DNA from: an uncultured bacterium | Lineage (GTDB): Bacteria > Edwardsbacteria > AC1 > EtOH8 | Assembly: GCA_963780225.1 (NCBI GenBank) | Contig: CAWAAX010000006.1 | Coordinates: 18,136 to 82,135 of the forward strand | Direction of reading: 5' to 3' | DNA: 64,000 nt | In this document: positions 34,930 to 43,116 of the stretch, piece by piece | Layout: each line of letters begins with the position of its first letter | How positions within the stretch are numbered: position 1 is the stretch's first letter | Position numbers and translations under genes: made by a program | The notes under the pieces: model-generated | Told to the model about the DNA's origin: nothing | The model's database searches: none | The model's input: the letters and a program-made list of their open reading frames with translations, nothing else

Positions 34930-36570
34930 ATGGAGCTTTTTATGGACAACAGGCTTTACTATGGCGACAATCTTGACATTTTACAGCGGCACATAGCCGA
35001 TGAAAGCGTGGACCTTGTTTATCTTGACCCGCCGTTCAACAGCAATGCCAATTACAACGTGCTGTTTAAGGAGAAGGACGGCAGCCAGGCGGCTTCGCAG
35101 ATAAGGGCTTTTGAAGACACCTGGTCCTGGGACCAGGAAGATGAGAGCGTTTTTGCCGAAATGGTTACCAAGGGCGGCAAGGTGGCCGATTGTTTGCAGG
35201 CCTTTAGAACGTTCATGGGGCCATGCGACATGCTGGCTTATTTGGTGATGATGGCTCCGAGGTTAGTGGAGTTGAAAAGGGTGATGAAAAACACGGCCAG
35301 CATTTATCTGCATTGCGACCCCAGCGCTTCGCACTATTTGAAGATGCTGATGGATGCCGTGTTCGGGCCTGCCTATTTTAGGACAGAAATTATCTGGAAA
35401 CGAAGCAGCGCCCATAGCGACGCAAAACAAGGCAGAGCACAACATGGCAGAATACATGATGTGATACTGTTTTATACAAAAACGGATGATTGGTTTTGGA
35501 ATCATATGTTCACTTCATATGATGAGACATACACGGATACTTTCTATAAATATGTTGAACCAGGGACTGGTAGACGATACAGGCTTGACAATTTGACTGG
35601 GCCAGGCGGAGCTGCAAAGGGTAATCCGTCCTATGAAGTTATGGGCATCACTCGGTTTTGGCGGTATAGCAAAGAGAAAATGGATGAATTGATAAAGCAG
35701 GGCCGAATAATTCAAACGAAACCAGGTAATGTACCAGCCTATAAACGATATCTTGACGAAATGCCAGGTGTTACCCTACAAGATGTTTGGACTGATATTG
35801 GGCCTATAAGTTCACAAGCAACGGAAAGACTTGGTTACCCTACACAAAAACCCGAGGTGCTTCTTGAAAGAATAATTAATAGTTCTTGCCCGGAAGGTGG
35901 CCTTGTCCTTGATCCCTTCTGCGGGTGCGGCACCACCATTGCGGCGGCGCAGAAGTTAAACCGCAGTTGGATAGGCATAGACATAACCCACATGGCCATA
36001 ACCCTGATGAAGAAACGCCTGCTGGACACCTTTGGCGGAGAAGCAAAGTTCAAGGTTTTGGGTGAGCCGACCAGCCTGCCGGATGCGGCGGCTTTGGCCG
36101 AGAGCGACCAGTACCAGTTCCAGTGGTGGGCCTTGGGCCTGGTGGACGCCCGCCCGGTGGAGCAGAAGAAAGGCGCCGACAAGGGCATTGACGGCAAGAT
36201 AGTGTTTCAGGGCGATGCGCCGGGGGTGTTCGAGAACGTGGTGATCTCGGTAAAGGCCGGGCATTTGAACGCCAACCATATTAGGGACCTGCGGGGCGTG
36301 GTGGACCGGGAGAAGTCGGCCATTGGGGCGCTGATAGCAATGGAGGAGTTTACCAAGCCCATGCAGACCGAGGCGGCCACGGCGGGGTTTTATGAATCTG
36401 CCACCTGGGGCAAGAAATATCCCAAGATACAACTGCTGACCATTGAGGAACTGCTAAACGGCAGGAAGATAGAGATGCCGCCGATCAAGCAGGTGGAGGC
36501 GACCTTCAAGAAGGCCGAGAAGGTGAAGGGGGGCAAGGGCAAGCAGATGAAGATGGAAGAAAAAGTTTAG
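34930..36570 (+). CDS. Beta-class N6-adenine/N4-cytosine DNA methyltransferase fused to a C-terminal Mrr-like PD-(D/E)XK (restriction-endonuclease-like) domain
   Basis: Motif IV 'LDPPF' near the N-terminus and motif I 'FCGCGTT' about 300 aa later give the beta-class order. The C-terminal ~130 aa 'KGADKGIDGKIVF...VISVKAGH...IRDLRGVVDREKSAIGALIAMEEFTKPMQTEAATAGFY...KIQLLTIEELLNG' follow the Mrr_cat pattern (D-G-I-D-G ... x-x-K ... FT..A ... I.L...EEL). Confidence 0.7.
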   Translation: MELFMDNRLYYGDNLDILQRHIADESVDLVYLDPPFNSNANYNVLFKEKDGSQAASQIRAFEDTWSWDQEDESVFAEMVTKGGKVADCLQAFRTFMGPCDMLAYLVMMAPRLVELKRVMKNTASIYLHCDPSASHYLKMLMDAVFGPAYFRTEIIWKRSSAHSDAKQGRAQHGRIHDVILFYTKTDDWFWNHMFTSYDETYTDTFYKYVEPGTGRRYRLDNLTGPGGAAKGNPSYEVMGITRFWRYSKEKMDELIKQGRIIQTKPGNVPAYKRYLDEMPGVTLQDVWTDIGPISSQATERLGYPTQKPEVLLERIINSSCPEGGLVLDPFCGCGTTIAAAQKLNRSWIGIDITHMAITLMKKRLLDTFGGEAKFKVLGEPTSLPDAAALAESDQYQFQWWALGLVDARPVEQKKGADKGIDGKIVFQGDAPGVFENVVISVKAGHLNANHIRDLRGVVDREKSAIGALIAMEEFTKPMQTEAATAGFYESATWGKKYPKIQLLTIEELLNGRKIEMPPIKQVEATFKKAEKVKGGKGKQMKMEEKV

Positions 36571-36593
36571 GGGTTTGGTTAGAATTCCGCCCC

Positions 36594-36838
36594 AAGCTTC
36601 GGACCGCCCCCCTGCCCCCTCCGTTGCGGAGGGGGAGGGGAGTGTCCCTCTCCACATTGGAGAGGGACAAAGGGAGAGGTCAAAAGCTTCGGACCGCCCC
36701 CTCGTTCCCCCTCCGTAGCGGAGGGGGAATAGGTTGTGTGAATAGTTATGTGTTGATATGTTTGATGATGTAAATAAAACTGATGACGAAATCCCTCTCC
36801 ACAATGGAGAGGGGGAGGGGAGAGGTCGAACCAGGCCA
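36594..36838. repeat. GC-rich mosaic palindromic repeat modules between the MTase gene and the DUF559 gene
   Basis: aagcttcggaccgcccccctgccccctccgttgcggagggggag... occurs twice, and atccctctccacaatggagaggg extends into the 5' end of the DUF559 ORF. Confidence 0.7.
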
Positions 36839-37219
36839 GCCCACCCCAAGGGCAGCACCGGGATTATCAGGCTGCAAAAAGTGAAAAGCAGCAAATTAGA
36901 GTTGGCCAAATATTTCAGACAGCATATGACACTTGGCGAAAGGTGCTTCTGGAATATGACCCGCAAGAACCAGGTCAACGGTTACCGATTCAGACGCCAG
37001 CAGGTGATCCACGGCTTTGTTGCCGATTTCTACTGCAACCAGATAAACCTGGTGGTCGAGATAGACGGCGGCATCCACGAACAGCAGAAGGACTACGACA
37101 AGCTTCGCACAAAAATAATTAACCAGTACGGCATCCGGGTCATACGTTTTACCAACGAAGAAATGATGGATAAAAGCGATTGGGTGTTGGAGAAGTTGAA
37201 GGAAGCTGCGAGAAGTTGA
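36758..37219 (+). CDS. DUF559 (Vsr-like endonuclease-fold) protein; the 5' boundary is uncertain because the ORF's first ~25 codons are repeat sequence
   Basis: 'KLELAKYFRQHMTLGERCFWNMTR...GYRFRRQQVIHGFVADFYCNQINLVVEIDGGIHEQQKDYDKLRTKIINQYGIRVIRFTNEEM' is the DUF559 pattern. Confidence 0.7.
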   Translation: MFDDVNKTDDEIPLHNGEGEGRGRTRPAHPKGSTGIIRLQKVKSSKLELAKYFRQHMTLGERCFWNMTRKNQVNGYRFRRQQVIHGFVADFYCNQINLVVEIDGGIHEQQKDYDKLRTKIINQYGIRVIRFTNEEMMDKSDWVLEKLKEAARS

Positions 37220-37223
37220 TTGC

Positions 37224-37374
37224 CTAAAGCTTCGGACCGCCCCCTCGTTCCCCACTTTCGCTTGTCGTAGTGTTCTGCCTTGCTCAGTGCAGGCACTCCG
37301 TTGCGGAGGGGGAGGACAGACATCCCTCTCCACATTGGAGAGGGATAAAGGGAGAGGTCGAACCCCGCAGGACG
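37224..37374. repeat. GC-rich mosaic palindromic repeat modules downstream of the DUF559 gene
   Basis: ctaaagcttcggaccgccccctcgttccccactttcgcttgtcgtagtgttctgccttgctcagtgcaggcactccgttgcggagggggag...catccctctccacattggagagggataaagggagaggtcgaacc. Confidence 0.7.
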
Positions 37375-37482
37375 GCCCACCAACCCCCTTGCATTTTCAC
37401 CCATCATTTGCGATAATAACGCAAGCCATAATAGACGCCTTTGGCGTCTATTATGCTTTAACATTAAACCACGGAGAAGGTC

Positions 37483-37692
37483 ATGAAGAACAGCACGTTA
37501 CTCTACTGGGCCGGAGTGGTGATCTCATGTCTCAGCGCCTTTTTATTCATATTCAAGGTGCTGCCTCTGACTATAACAGACAAACCGTTGTTGATGTCCA
37601 CCACTTGCATAATCTGCATGCTGGGGGCAATACTCTGCCTGGTGGCGGCTATCTATGAACAGAACAAGGAAAAAACCGGGGGAAAAGAGTGA
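37483..37692 (+). CDS. Small two-TM membrane protein (hypothetical)
   Basis: A GGAGAAGG RBS precedes the start, and there are two hydrophobic helices. Confidence 0.35.
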   Translation: MKNSTLLYWAGVVISCLSAFLFIFKVLPLTITDKPLLMSTTCIICMLGAILCLVAAIYEQNKEKTGGKE

Positions 37693-37877
37693 AGCCCTTT
37701 GTATTCGTTTTTGTTTTGGCCGTTGCGTTAAGCCTGTCCTGCTCCCAAAAGACCGAGCATACCCAGGAAGACATCGGGCCGGTCAAGACCTACAAAACGT
37801 TGAAGGAGCGCACCGATACCATCCAGACCAAGGCCCAGCAGCATTCCAACACGCTGGATTCCATCGCCGCGGACTAA
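37689..37877 (+). CDS. Small lipoprotein (hypothetical)
   Basis: It has a signal peptide with the lipobox 'LSLSC' and overlaps the upstream small ORF by 4 bp. Confidence 0.35.
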   Translation: MKPFVFVFVLAVALSLSCSQKTEHTQEDIGPVKTYKTLKERTDTIQTKAQQHSNTLDSIAAD

Positions 37878-38300
37878 GCACCAAAACCTAAATCCTAAAC
37901 CCTAAACAAATTCCAAATCATAAGCCATAAACCCAAAACAGTTCGTTGTTTTGAGTTTGGCGAATTTATATTTGTTTAGAATTTAGATACTTGCTTCCAT
38001 CGCCGGGCAGTAGGGGCGAAGCACTAAATCCGAAATCCGAAATCCTAAACAATCCCAAATTATCAAAACCTAAAACTCAAAACTGTTTCGTACTTTGTAT
38101 TTAAACAATTAGAATTTGTTTTGAGTTTAGATACTTACTTCTATCGCAGGGCAGCAGGGGCGAAGCCCTAAATCCGAGATACGAAATCCTAAACAATCCC
38201 AAATGACCAAAACCTAAAACTCAAAACGGTTTCGTGCTTTGTATTTAATAATTAGAATTTGTTTTGAATTTAGATATTAGTATTTAGAGATTTAACCAGT
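37878..38300. repeat. Three tandem copies of a ~145-bp highly structured AT-rich repeat immediately upstream of mutL
   Basis: Units start near 37878, 38021 and 38166. Each contains the inverted repeat aaaacctaaaactcaaaac / gttttgagtttag, (g/t)aaatcc microrepeats, and a G-rich tail ctatcgcagggcagcaggggcgaag. Confidence 0.75.
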
Positions 38301-38301
38301 T

Positions 38302-40008
38302 ATGCCGATCATCGTCCTTTCCCCCGAGATAGTCAACAAGATAGCCGCCGGCGAGGTGGTGGAGCGCCCGGCCTCGGCCGCCAAGGAGCTGATGGAGAAC
38401 AGCCTTGATGCCGGGGCCCGTAGCATCGAGGTCGAGGTGAAAGCCGGAGGCCTTGAACTGCTGCGCGTCTCCGATGACGGCTCCGGCATGACCGGCGATG
38501 AGATGGAGCTGGCCCTGCAGCGCCACGCCACCAGCAAGATCAGCAGCTACGAAGACCTGCAGGATATCCACAGTTTCGGCTTTAGGGGCGAGGCCCTGCC
38601 CAGCATCGCCTCGGTCTCCCAGTTCACCATGGTCTCCCGTCCGGCCGGTTCGGACAGCGCCTGGCAGCTGGAATGCCGCGGGGGTGAAATAACATCCCGG
38701 AAACAGCAGGCCGCCCAGCCGGGCACAACCATCACGGTGGAGGAACTGTTCGCCAGCGTTCCCGCCCGCCGCAAATTCTTAAAGAGCCAGGCCACCGAAT
38801 CCCGCAAGATCGCAGAACTGTTTTTGTCTTTAGCCCTAGCCAATCCCGGAACCGGCTTCAAGCTTATCAGCGAAGGCCGGGTAACATACGATCTTAAATC
38901 CACCACCCAAGACGACCGGATCAGGGAAGTGCTGGGCGGAGAGCTTTACCGCACTTTGCTGAAGATAGACTACGGTCAAAAGCCTTTGCGGATATCCGGA
39001 TATCTCTCCGGGCCCCAAAACCTGTGGCCCAAGCGCCGGGAGCAGTACCTCTTCGTCAACGGCCGGCTGGTGTCCGACCGGCTGGCCTCGGCCGCCATCT
39101 ATCAGGGATTCGGTCCGGCCCTGGCCGGCAAGCATCCCAGTTACGTGCTTTTCCTGGAAATATCCCCGTCCCTGGTGGATGTCAATGTCCATCCCTCCAA
39201 GGTGCAGGTGCGCTTCAGCGACGAGTCTTTCGTCTTCCGCACCGTGCGGGCGGCGGTGGAGAAGGCCCTGTTCACCGACCAGCAGCGGCCGGAGACGGCG
39301 GGGGGTCTCAACACTCAAAACACAGGCTACCAGCCCTGGACCGGGCCGGAGCGGCCAGGCCAGCTGCAGATACAGGAAGCCATGGCCCTGTTTGCCTCCG
39401 GAAATCCGGAGCAGGCCGGTCTTAAGAATCTGGTGTCCATCCAGCCGGTGGTGGCCTACTGGCAGCTGCACCAGCGCTACATTCTGGCCGCCATCCGCGA
39501 CGGCCTGGTGATGATTGATCAGCACGCGGCCCACGAGCGGATACTATACGAGGAACTGCTGGCCGCCCGGGACCACAAGCGGGCCCAGCAGCTTTTGTTC
39601 CCGGTGACGGTGGAACTCTCTTCCCGGGAGATGCAGATATACCAGCAGTACCGCGAGGTCTTCGGCTCGCTGGGCTTTGATGTCAAGCAATTCAGCGGAC
39701 AGACCCTGGTGATGGAAGGCCTGCCGGTCTCCTGGGAGCAGAGCGGCGACGGGGCGGCCCTGGTGCGCGGTATTCTGGCCGACCTGGCGGATACTTCTGA
39801 CGTGAACCTGGAGCCGGCCCAGAGACTGGCCCGGTCATTCGCCTGCCGGGCCGCCGTAAAGGCCGGAAAGGCGCTGAACCAGGAAGAGATGAATCATCTG
39901 GTGGACCGGCTGTTTGCCACCAGCTCGCCCTATCTTGACCCCCATGGCCGCCCGTCGGTGATAAAATTCACACTGGAAGACCTGGAACACCGGTTCGGCC
40001 GGATATGA
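38302..40008 (+). CDS. mutL: DNA mismatch repair protein MutL
   Basis: 'IAAGEVVERPASAAKELMENSLDAG' is the GHKL ATPase N-terminus, with a MutL C-terminal dimerisation region. Confidence 0.95.
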   Translation: MPIIVLSPEIVNKIAAGEVVERPASAAKELMENSLDAGARSIEVEVKAGGLELLRVSDDGSGMTGDEMELALQRHATSKISSYEDLQDIHSFGFRGEALPSIASVSQFTMVSRPAGSDSAWQLECRGGEITSRKQQAAQPGTTITVEELFASVPARRKFLKSQATESRKIAELFLSLALANPGTGFKLISEGRVTYDLKSTTQDDRIREVLGGELYRTLLKIDYGQKPLRISGYLSGPQNLWPKRREQYLFVNGRLVSDRLASAAIYQGFGPALAGKHPSYVLFLEISPSLVDVNVHPSKVQVRFSDESFVFRTVRAAVEKALFTDQQRPETAGGLNTQNTGYQPWTGPERPGQLQIQEAMALFASGNPEQAGLKNLVSIQPVVAYWQLHQRYILAAIRDGLVMIDQHAAHERILYEELLAARDHKRAQQLLFPVTVELSSREMQIYQQYREVFGSLGFDVKQFSGQTLVMEGLPVSWEQSGDGAALVRGILADLADTSDVNLEPAQRLARSFACRAAVKAGKALNQEEMNHLVDRLFATSSPYLDPHGRPSVIKFTLEDLEHRFGRI

Positions 40009-40928
40009 AGCAGGGTCAGAACAAGGAAGTGCTGGTGCTGGCCGGGCCGACGGCTGTGGGAAAGACAGCAGTCGGCCTTGTCTTGGCTCAAAGGCTGAAG
40101 GCCCACATCATCTCGGCCGATTCCCGGCAGATATATAAATATTTGGAGATCGGCACCGCCAAGCCCACGGCAGAGGAACTTCAAAAAGCGCCTCATCACA
40201 TGACGGATATCCTGACGCCAGATCTGGCCTACAGCGCCGCAGCCTTTGCCGCCGAAGCCCGGCGGGTGATGGATGAGTTGGATAAAAAGGACCAGGCATA
40301 TATCATAATCGGTGGTTCCGGTCTTTACCTAAAGGCCCTGACCGAAGGACTGGTAGATATTCCTTCGGCCGACCAAAGCCTTCGCCGGGAACTAAAGGAC
40401 TTTTCCCAAACCAAAGGTAATCAGGCATTGCTGCAAAGGCTGGCCGAATGCGACCCGGAGACCGCCCAACGGCTAAAGCTCAACGACGAAGTGCGGATCA
40501 TCAGGGCTTTGGAGGTCTTCATGCTGACCGGAAAACCGTTGAGCCTATGGTTCCGGGAAAAGCGCCAGGGAGACGACAGGAACTATAAGCTGGTAGTGCT
40601 GGACCTGGACCGGCACGCTCTTTATCAAAGGATCGAGTCCCGGGTTGACGTTATGATGTCCATGGGCCTGCTGGATGAAGTGAAAAAGCTTATGGATCTT
40701 GGCTACGGGCCCAGTTCCCCAGGAATGCAGACGGTGGGATATCAGGAACTGATGGCTCATTTGGCGGGGAAAACAGACCTGATGGAGGCAGTCCGTCTGA
40801 TCAAAAGGAATACCAGGCATTATGCCAAACGGCAGCTTACCTGGTTCCGCAAGATGAATTATCAGCAATGGATAAACTGCCGACCAAGTGACAGCCCTGA
40901 GGATATCGCCAATAAATTATCGGTTTAA
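40005..40928 (+). CDS. miaA: tRNA dimethylallyltransferase
   Basis: P-loop 'GPTAVGKT' and 'ISADSRQIYKYLEIGTAKPT'. It is adjacent to mutL, as in many bacteria. Confidence 0.92.
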   Translation: MKQGQNKEVLVLAGPTAVGKTAVGLVLAQRLKAHIISADSRQIYKYLEIGTAKPTAEELQKAPHHMTDILTPDLAYSAAAFAAEARRVMDELDKKDQAYIIIGGSGLYLKALTEGLVDIPSADQSLRRELKDFSQTKGNQALLQRLAECDPETAQRLKLNDEVRIIRALEVFMLTGKPLSLWFREKRQGDDRNYKLVVLDLDRHALYQRIESRVDVMMSMGLLDEVKKLMDLGYGPSSPGMQTVGYQELMAHLAGKTDLMEAVRLIKRNTRHYAKRQLTWFRKMNYQQWINCRPSDSPEDIANKLSV

Positions 40929-41007
40929 CAACCGCCCTCTAACATTATACCGGCCTTGTGATTATTGATATTGACAGGGCCGTTTTTTCGTGTTATTATA
41001 AAAGTCT

Positions 41008-42279
41008 ATGAATATATTGTTGATCGGTTCGGGCGGCCGGGAACACGCCTTGGGTTGGAAGCTGGCCCAAAGCCCTCTGGTTAAAAAAATATACTGCGCT
41101 CCGGGGAATCCCGGGCTGGCGGAGCTGGGTGAATGCATTGATATCAAGGCAAACAACAACGCCGGACTGGCGGATTTTGCCCTGAAGAACAGCATCGACT
41201 TGACTGTGGTCGGCCCGGATGACTGCGCACCGGCAGGGCTAACCGATACTTTTAAAAATTACGGATTGAAGATATTCGGACCCAGCAAAAAAGCCTCGCA
41301 AATAGAGGCTTCCAAGGCCTTCTCCAAGGACCTGATGCGGAAGGCCGGTATCCCCACCGCCGATTATGCTGTTTTTGATGATCACAAAAAGGCCCTGGAT
41401 CATATTAACGGCCAAAAATATCCTCTGGTCATCAAGGCCAGCGGCCTGGCTTTGGGCAAGGGTGTGATCATCTGCCAAAATGAAGAACAGGCCAAGGCCG
41501 CTTTAAATTCGGCCATGGTGGAAAAAGCATTCGGGGCTTCAGGAAACCAAATCATAATTGAAGAATTTCTGGAAGGGCAGGAGATCTCCATTCATGCTTT
41601 TTGCGATGGCGAGAGGGCCGCTTTGTTCCCTGCTTCCCAGGACCATAAACAAGCCTTTGACGGCGACCTGGGTCCCAACACCGGCGGCATGGGAAGCTAT
41701 GCTCCGGTGGGTTGGGTGACCCCGGAGATGATGGCTGAGATAGAAAAGACCGTCGTGATGCCGGCCTTAAAAGCGTTATCCGATCTTGGCGCGCCATTCC
41801 AGGGCTGTCTGTTTCCGGGTTTGATCCGCACCTCTCAGGGCTTTAAGGTGCTGGAGTTCAACGCCCGTTTCGGCGATCCCGAGACCCAGAGCTATGTGCG
41901 TCTTCTGGAATCGGATCTGGTTGAGATACTGTTGTCCTGCGCCCAAGGCCGCCTAAAGCCTGATCAGATCAAATGGTCATCGCAAAGCGCCGTTTGCATC
42001 GTGGCTGCTTCCGGCGGATACCCCGGTAACTACCAGAAAGGCTTTGATATTTCCGGGATTGATGCGGTTCAAGAAAACCCCGGCATTAAAATATTTCAGG
42101 CCGGAACGGCTTTCTGCGATAACCGGCTGGTCACTGCCGGGGGCCGGGTGTTGGGGGTGACCTCAGTTGGTTCAAGCCTGAAAGAAGCGGTAGATACGGC
42201 ATACCGGGCTGTTTCTGAAATAAGTTTTGCAGGCATGCAATACCGCCGGGACATAGGCGCCAAAGGGCTGAAAAAATAG
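41008..42279 (+). CDS. purD: Phosphoribosylamine--glycine ligase
   Basis: 'ILLIGSGGREHALGWKL' plus an ATP-grasp domain. Confidence 0.93.
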   Translation: MNILLIGSGGREHALGWKLAQSPLVKKIYCAPGNPGLAELGECIDIKANNNAGLADFALKNSIDLTVVGPDDCAPAGLTDTFKNYGLKIFGPSKKASQIEASKAFSKDLMRKAGIPTADYAVFDDHKKALDHINGQKYPLVIKASGLALGKGVIICQNEEQAKAALNSAMVEKAFGASGNQIIIEEFLEGQEISIHAFCDGERAALFPASQDHKQAFDGDLGPNTGGMGSYAPVGWVTPEMMAEIEKTVVMPALKALSDLGAPFQGCLFPGLIRTSQGFKVLEFNARFGDPETQSYVRLLESDLVEILLSCAQGRLKPDQIKWSSQSAVCIVAASGGYPGNYQKGFDISGIDAVQENPGIKIFQAGTAFCDNRLVTAGGRVLGVTSVGSSLKEAVDTAYRAVSEISFAGMQYRRDIGAKGLKK

Positions 42280-42378
42280 GGCATTGGAAAGCAATCAGAA
42301 AACATTTTCTAAATAATGGCAGTTCACGTAACAGCAAAATATCCGGCAGGCGATTATCATTATTATCTGAGGGATAAA

Positions 42379-43107
42379 ATGAAAAAGTTGATTCTACTCC
42401 CCGCCGTCCTGGCTTTGCTTTGCTTGAACATCGGAGCCCAAACCAAAACCCTGGTGGTGGCCACCGGAGATTATCCTCCGTTTGAGTTCAAGGATGAAAA
42501 GGGGAACCTGACCGGTTACGATATTGAACTGGGACAGGAGATAGCCCGCCGGATGGAGGCGAAAATAAAATGGATCCAGCTGGATTTGAACAAACTGCTG
42601 CCGGCCCTGGATGCCGGCCAGGCTGATCTGGTGATCGCGGTACTGCATTCCACCGAGGAGCGCCGTCAGCATTATGCCTTAAGCCGGAACTATGTAAACT
42701 CGGGCCTGGTAATGGTGGTAAAAAAAGACGGAAAGAATATTAATTCCTTGAAACAGCTGAAAGGCTGCCGGGTGGCGGTCAAGGAATTGGGTACCGGAGA
42801 AAAATATGCCCAGGAGAACGCAGCTCAGCTGGGTTTTGAATATAAAAAATACGCCACCACCGATCAAAGTTTTTCTGCCTTAGGGCGGGGAGAAGTGGAT
42901 GCGGTTTTCAACGATTATTTATCTTCGCGATTCTTCCTTAAACAAAATCCTGGTTACAAGATACCCATTGTGCCCTTTGCTCCCTGTGGAATGGCGGTGG
43001 CCGCCGCCAAGGACAGGAGAACATTAATTCTGCAAGTCAACCAGATTTTGGAAGAGTTGGAACGCTCGGGTTTCCTGAAGCAATTATATCAAAAGTGGCT
43101 TTTATAA
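42379..43107 (+). CDS. Amino-acid ABC transporter substrate-binding protein (family 3 SBP)
   Basis: It has a signal peptide 'MKKLILLPAVLALLCL' and 'GYDIELGQEIARRM'. Confidence 0.7.
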   Translation: MKKLILLPAVLALLCLNIGAQTKTLVVATGDYPPFEFKDEKGNLTGYDIELGQEIARRMEAKIKWIQLDLNKLLPALDAGQADLVIAVLHSTEERRQHYALSRNYVNSGLVMVVKKDGKNINSLKQLKGCRVAVKELGTGEKYAQENAAQLGFEYKKYATTDQSFSALGRGEVDAVFNDYLSSRFFLKQNPGYKIPIVPFAPCGMAVAAAKDRRTLILQVNQILEELERSGFLKQLYQKWLL

Positions 43108-43116
43108 TTTTAAAGT

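Noticed and set aside
36454-36978. A 174-aa - strand ORF spanning the mosaic repeat cluster
   Set aside because: Its translation consists of repeat-derived G/P/L-rich segments. It overlaps the 3' end of the MTase gene and the 5' end of the DUF559 gene, so it is an artefact of the palindromic repeats.
34567-37374. Possible CRISPR array, considered because of the repeated GC-rich palindromes
   Set aside because: The repeats are heterogeneous modules in both orientations with no constant repeat length or regularly sized unique spacers. No cas genes are present.
37878-38300. Possible CRISPR array or rRNA/tRNA-like structured RNA
   Set aside because: The units are ~145 bp and directly abut one another with no spacers. 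No tRNA cloverleaf or rRNA signatures were found. The array is kept as a tandem structured repeat instead.
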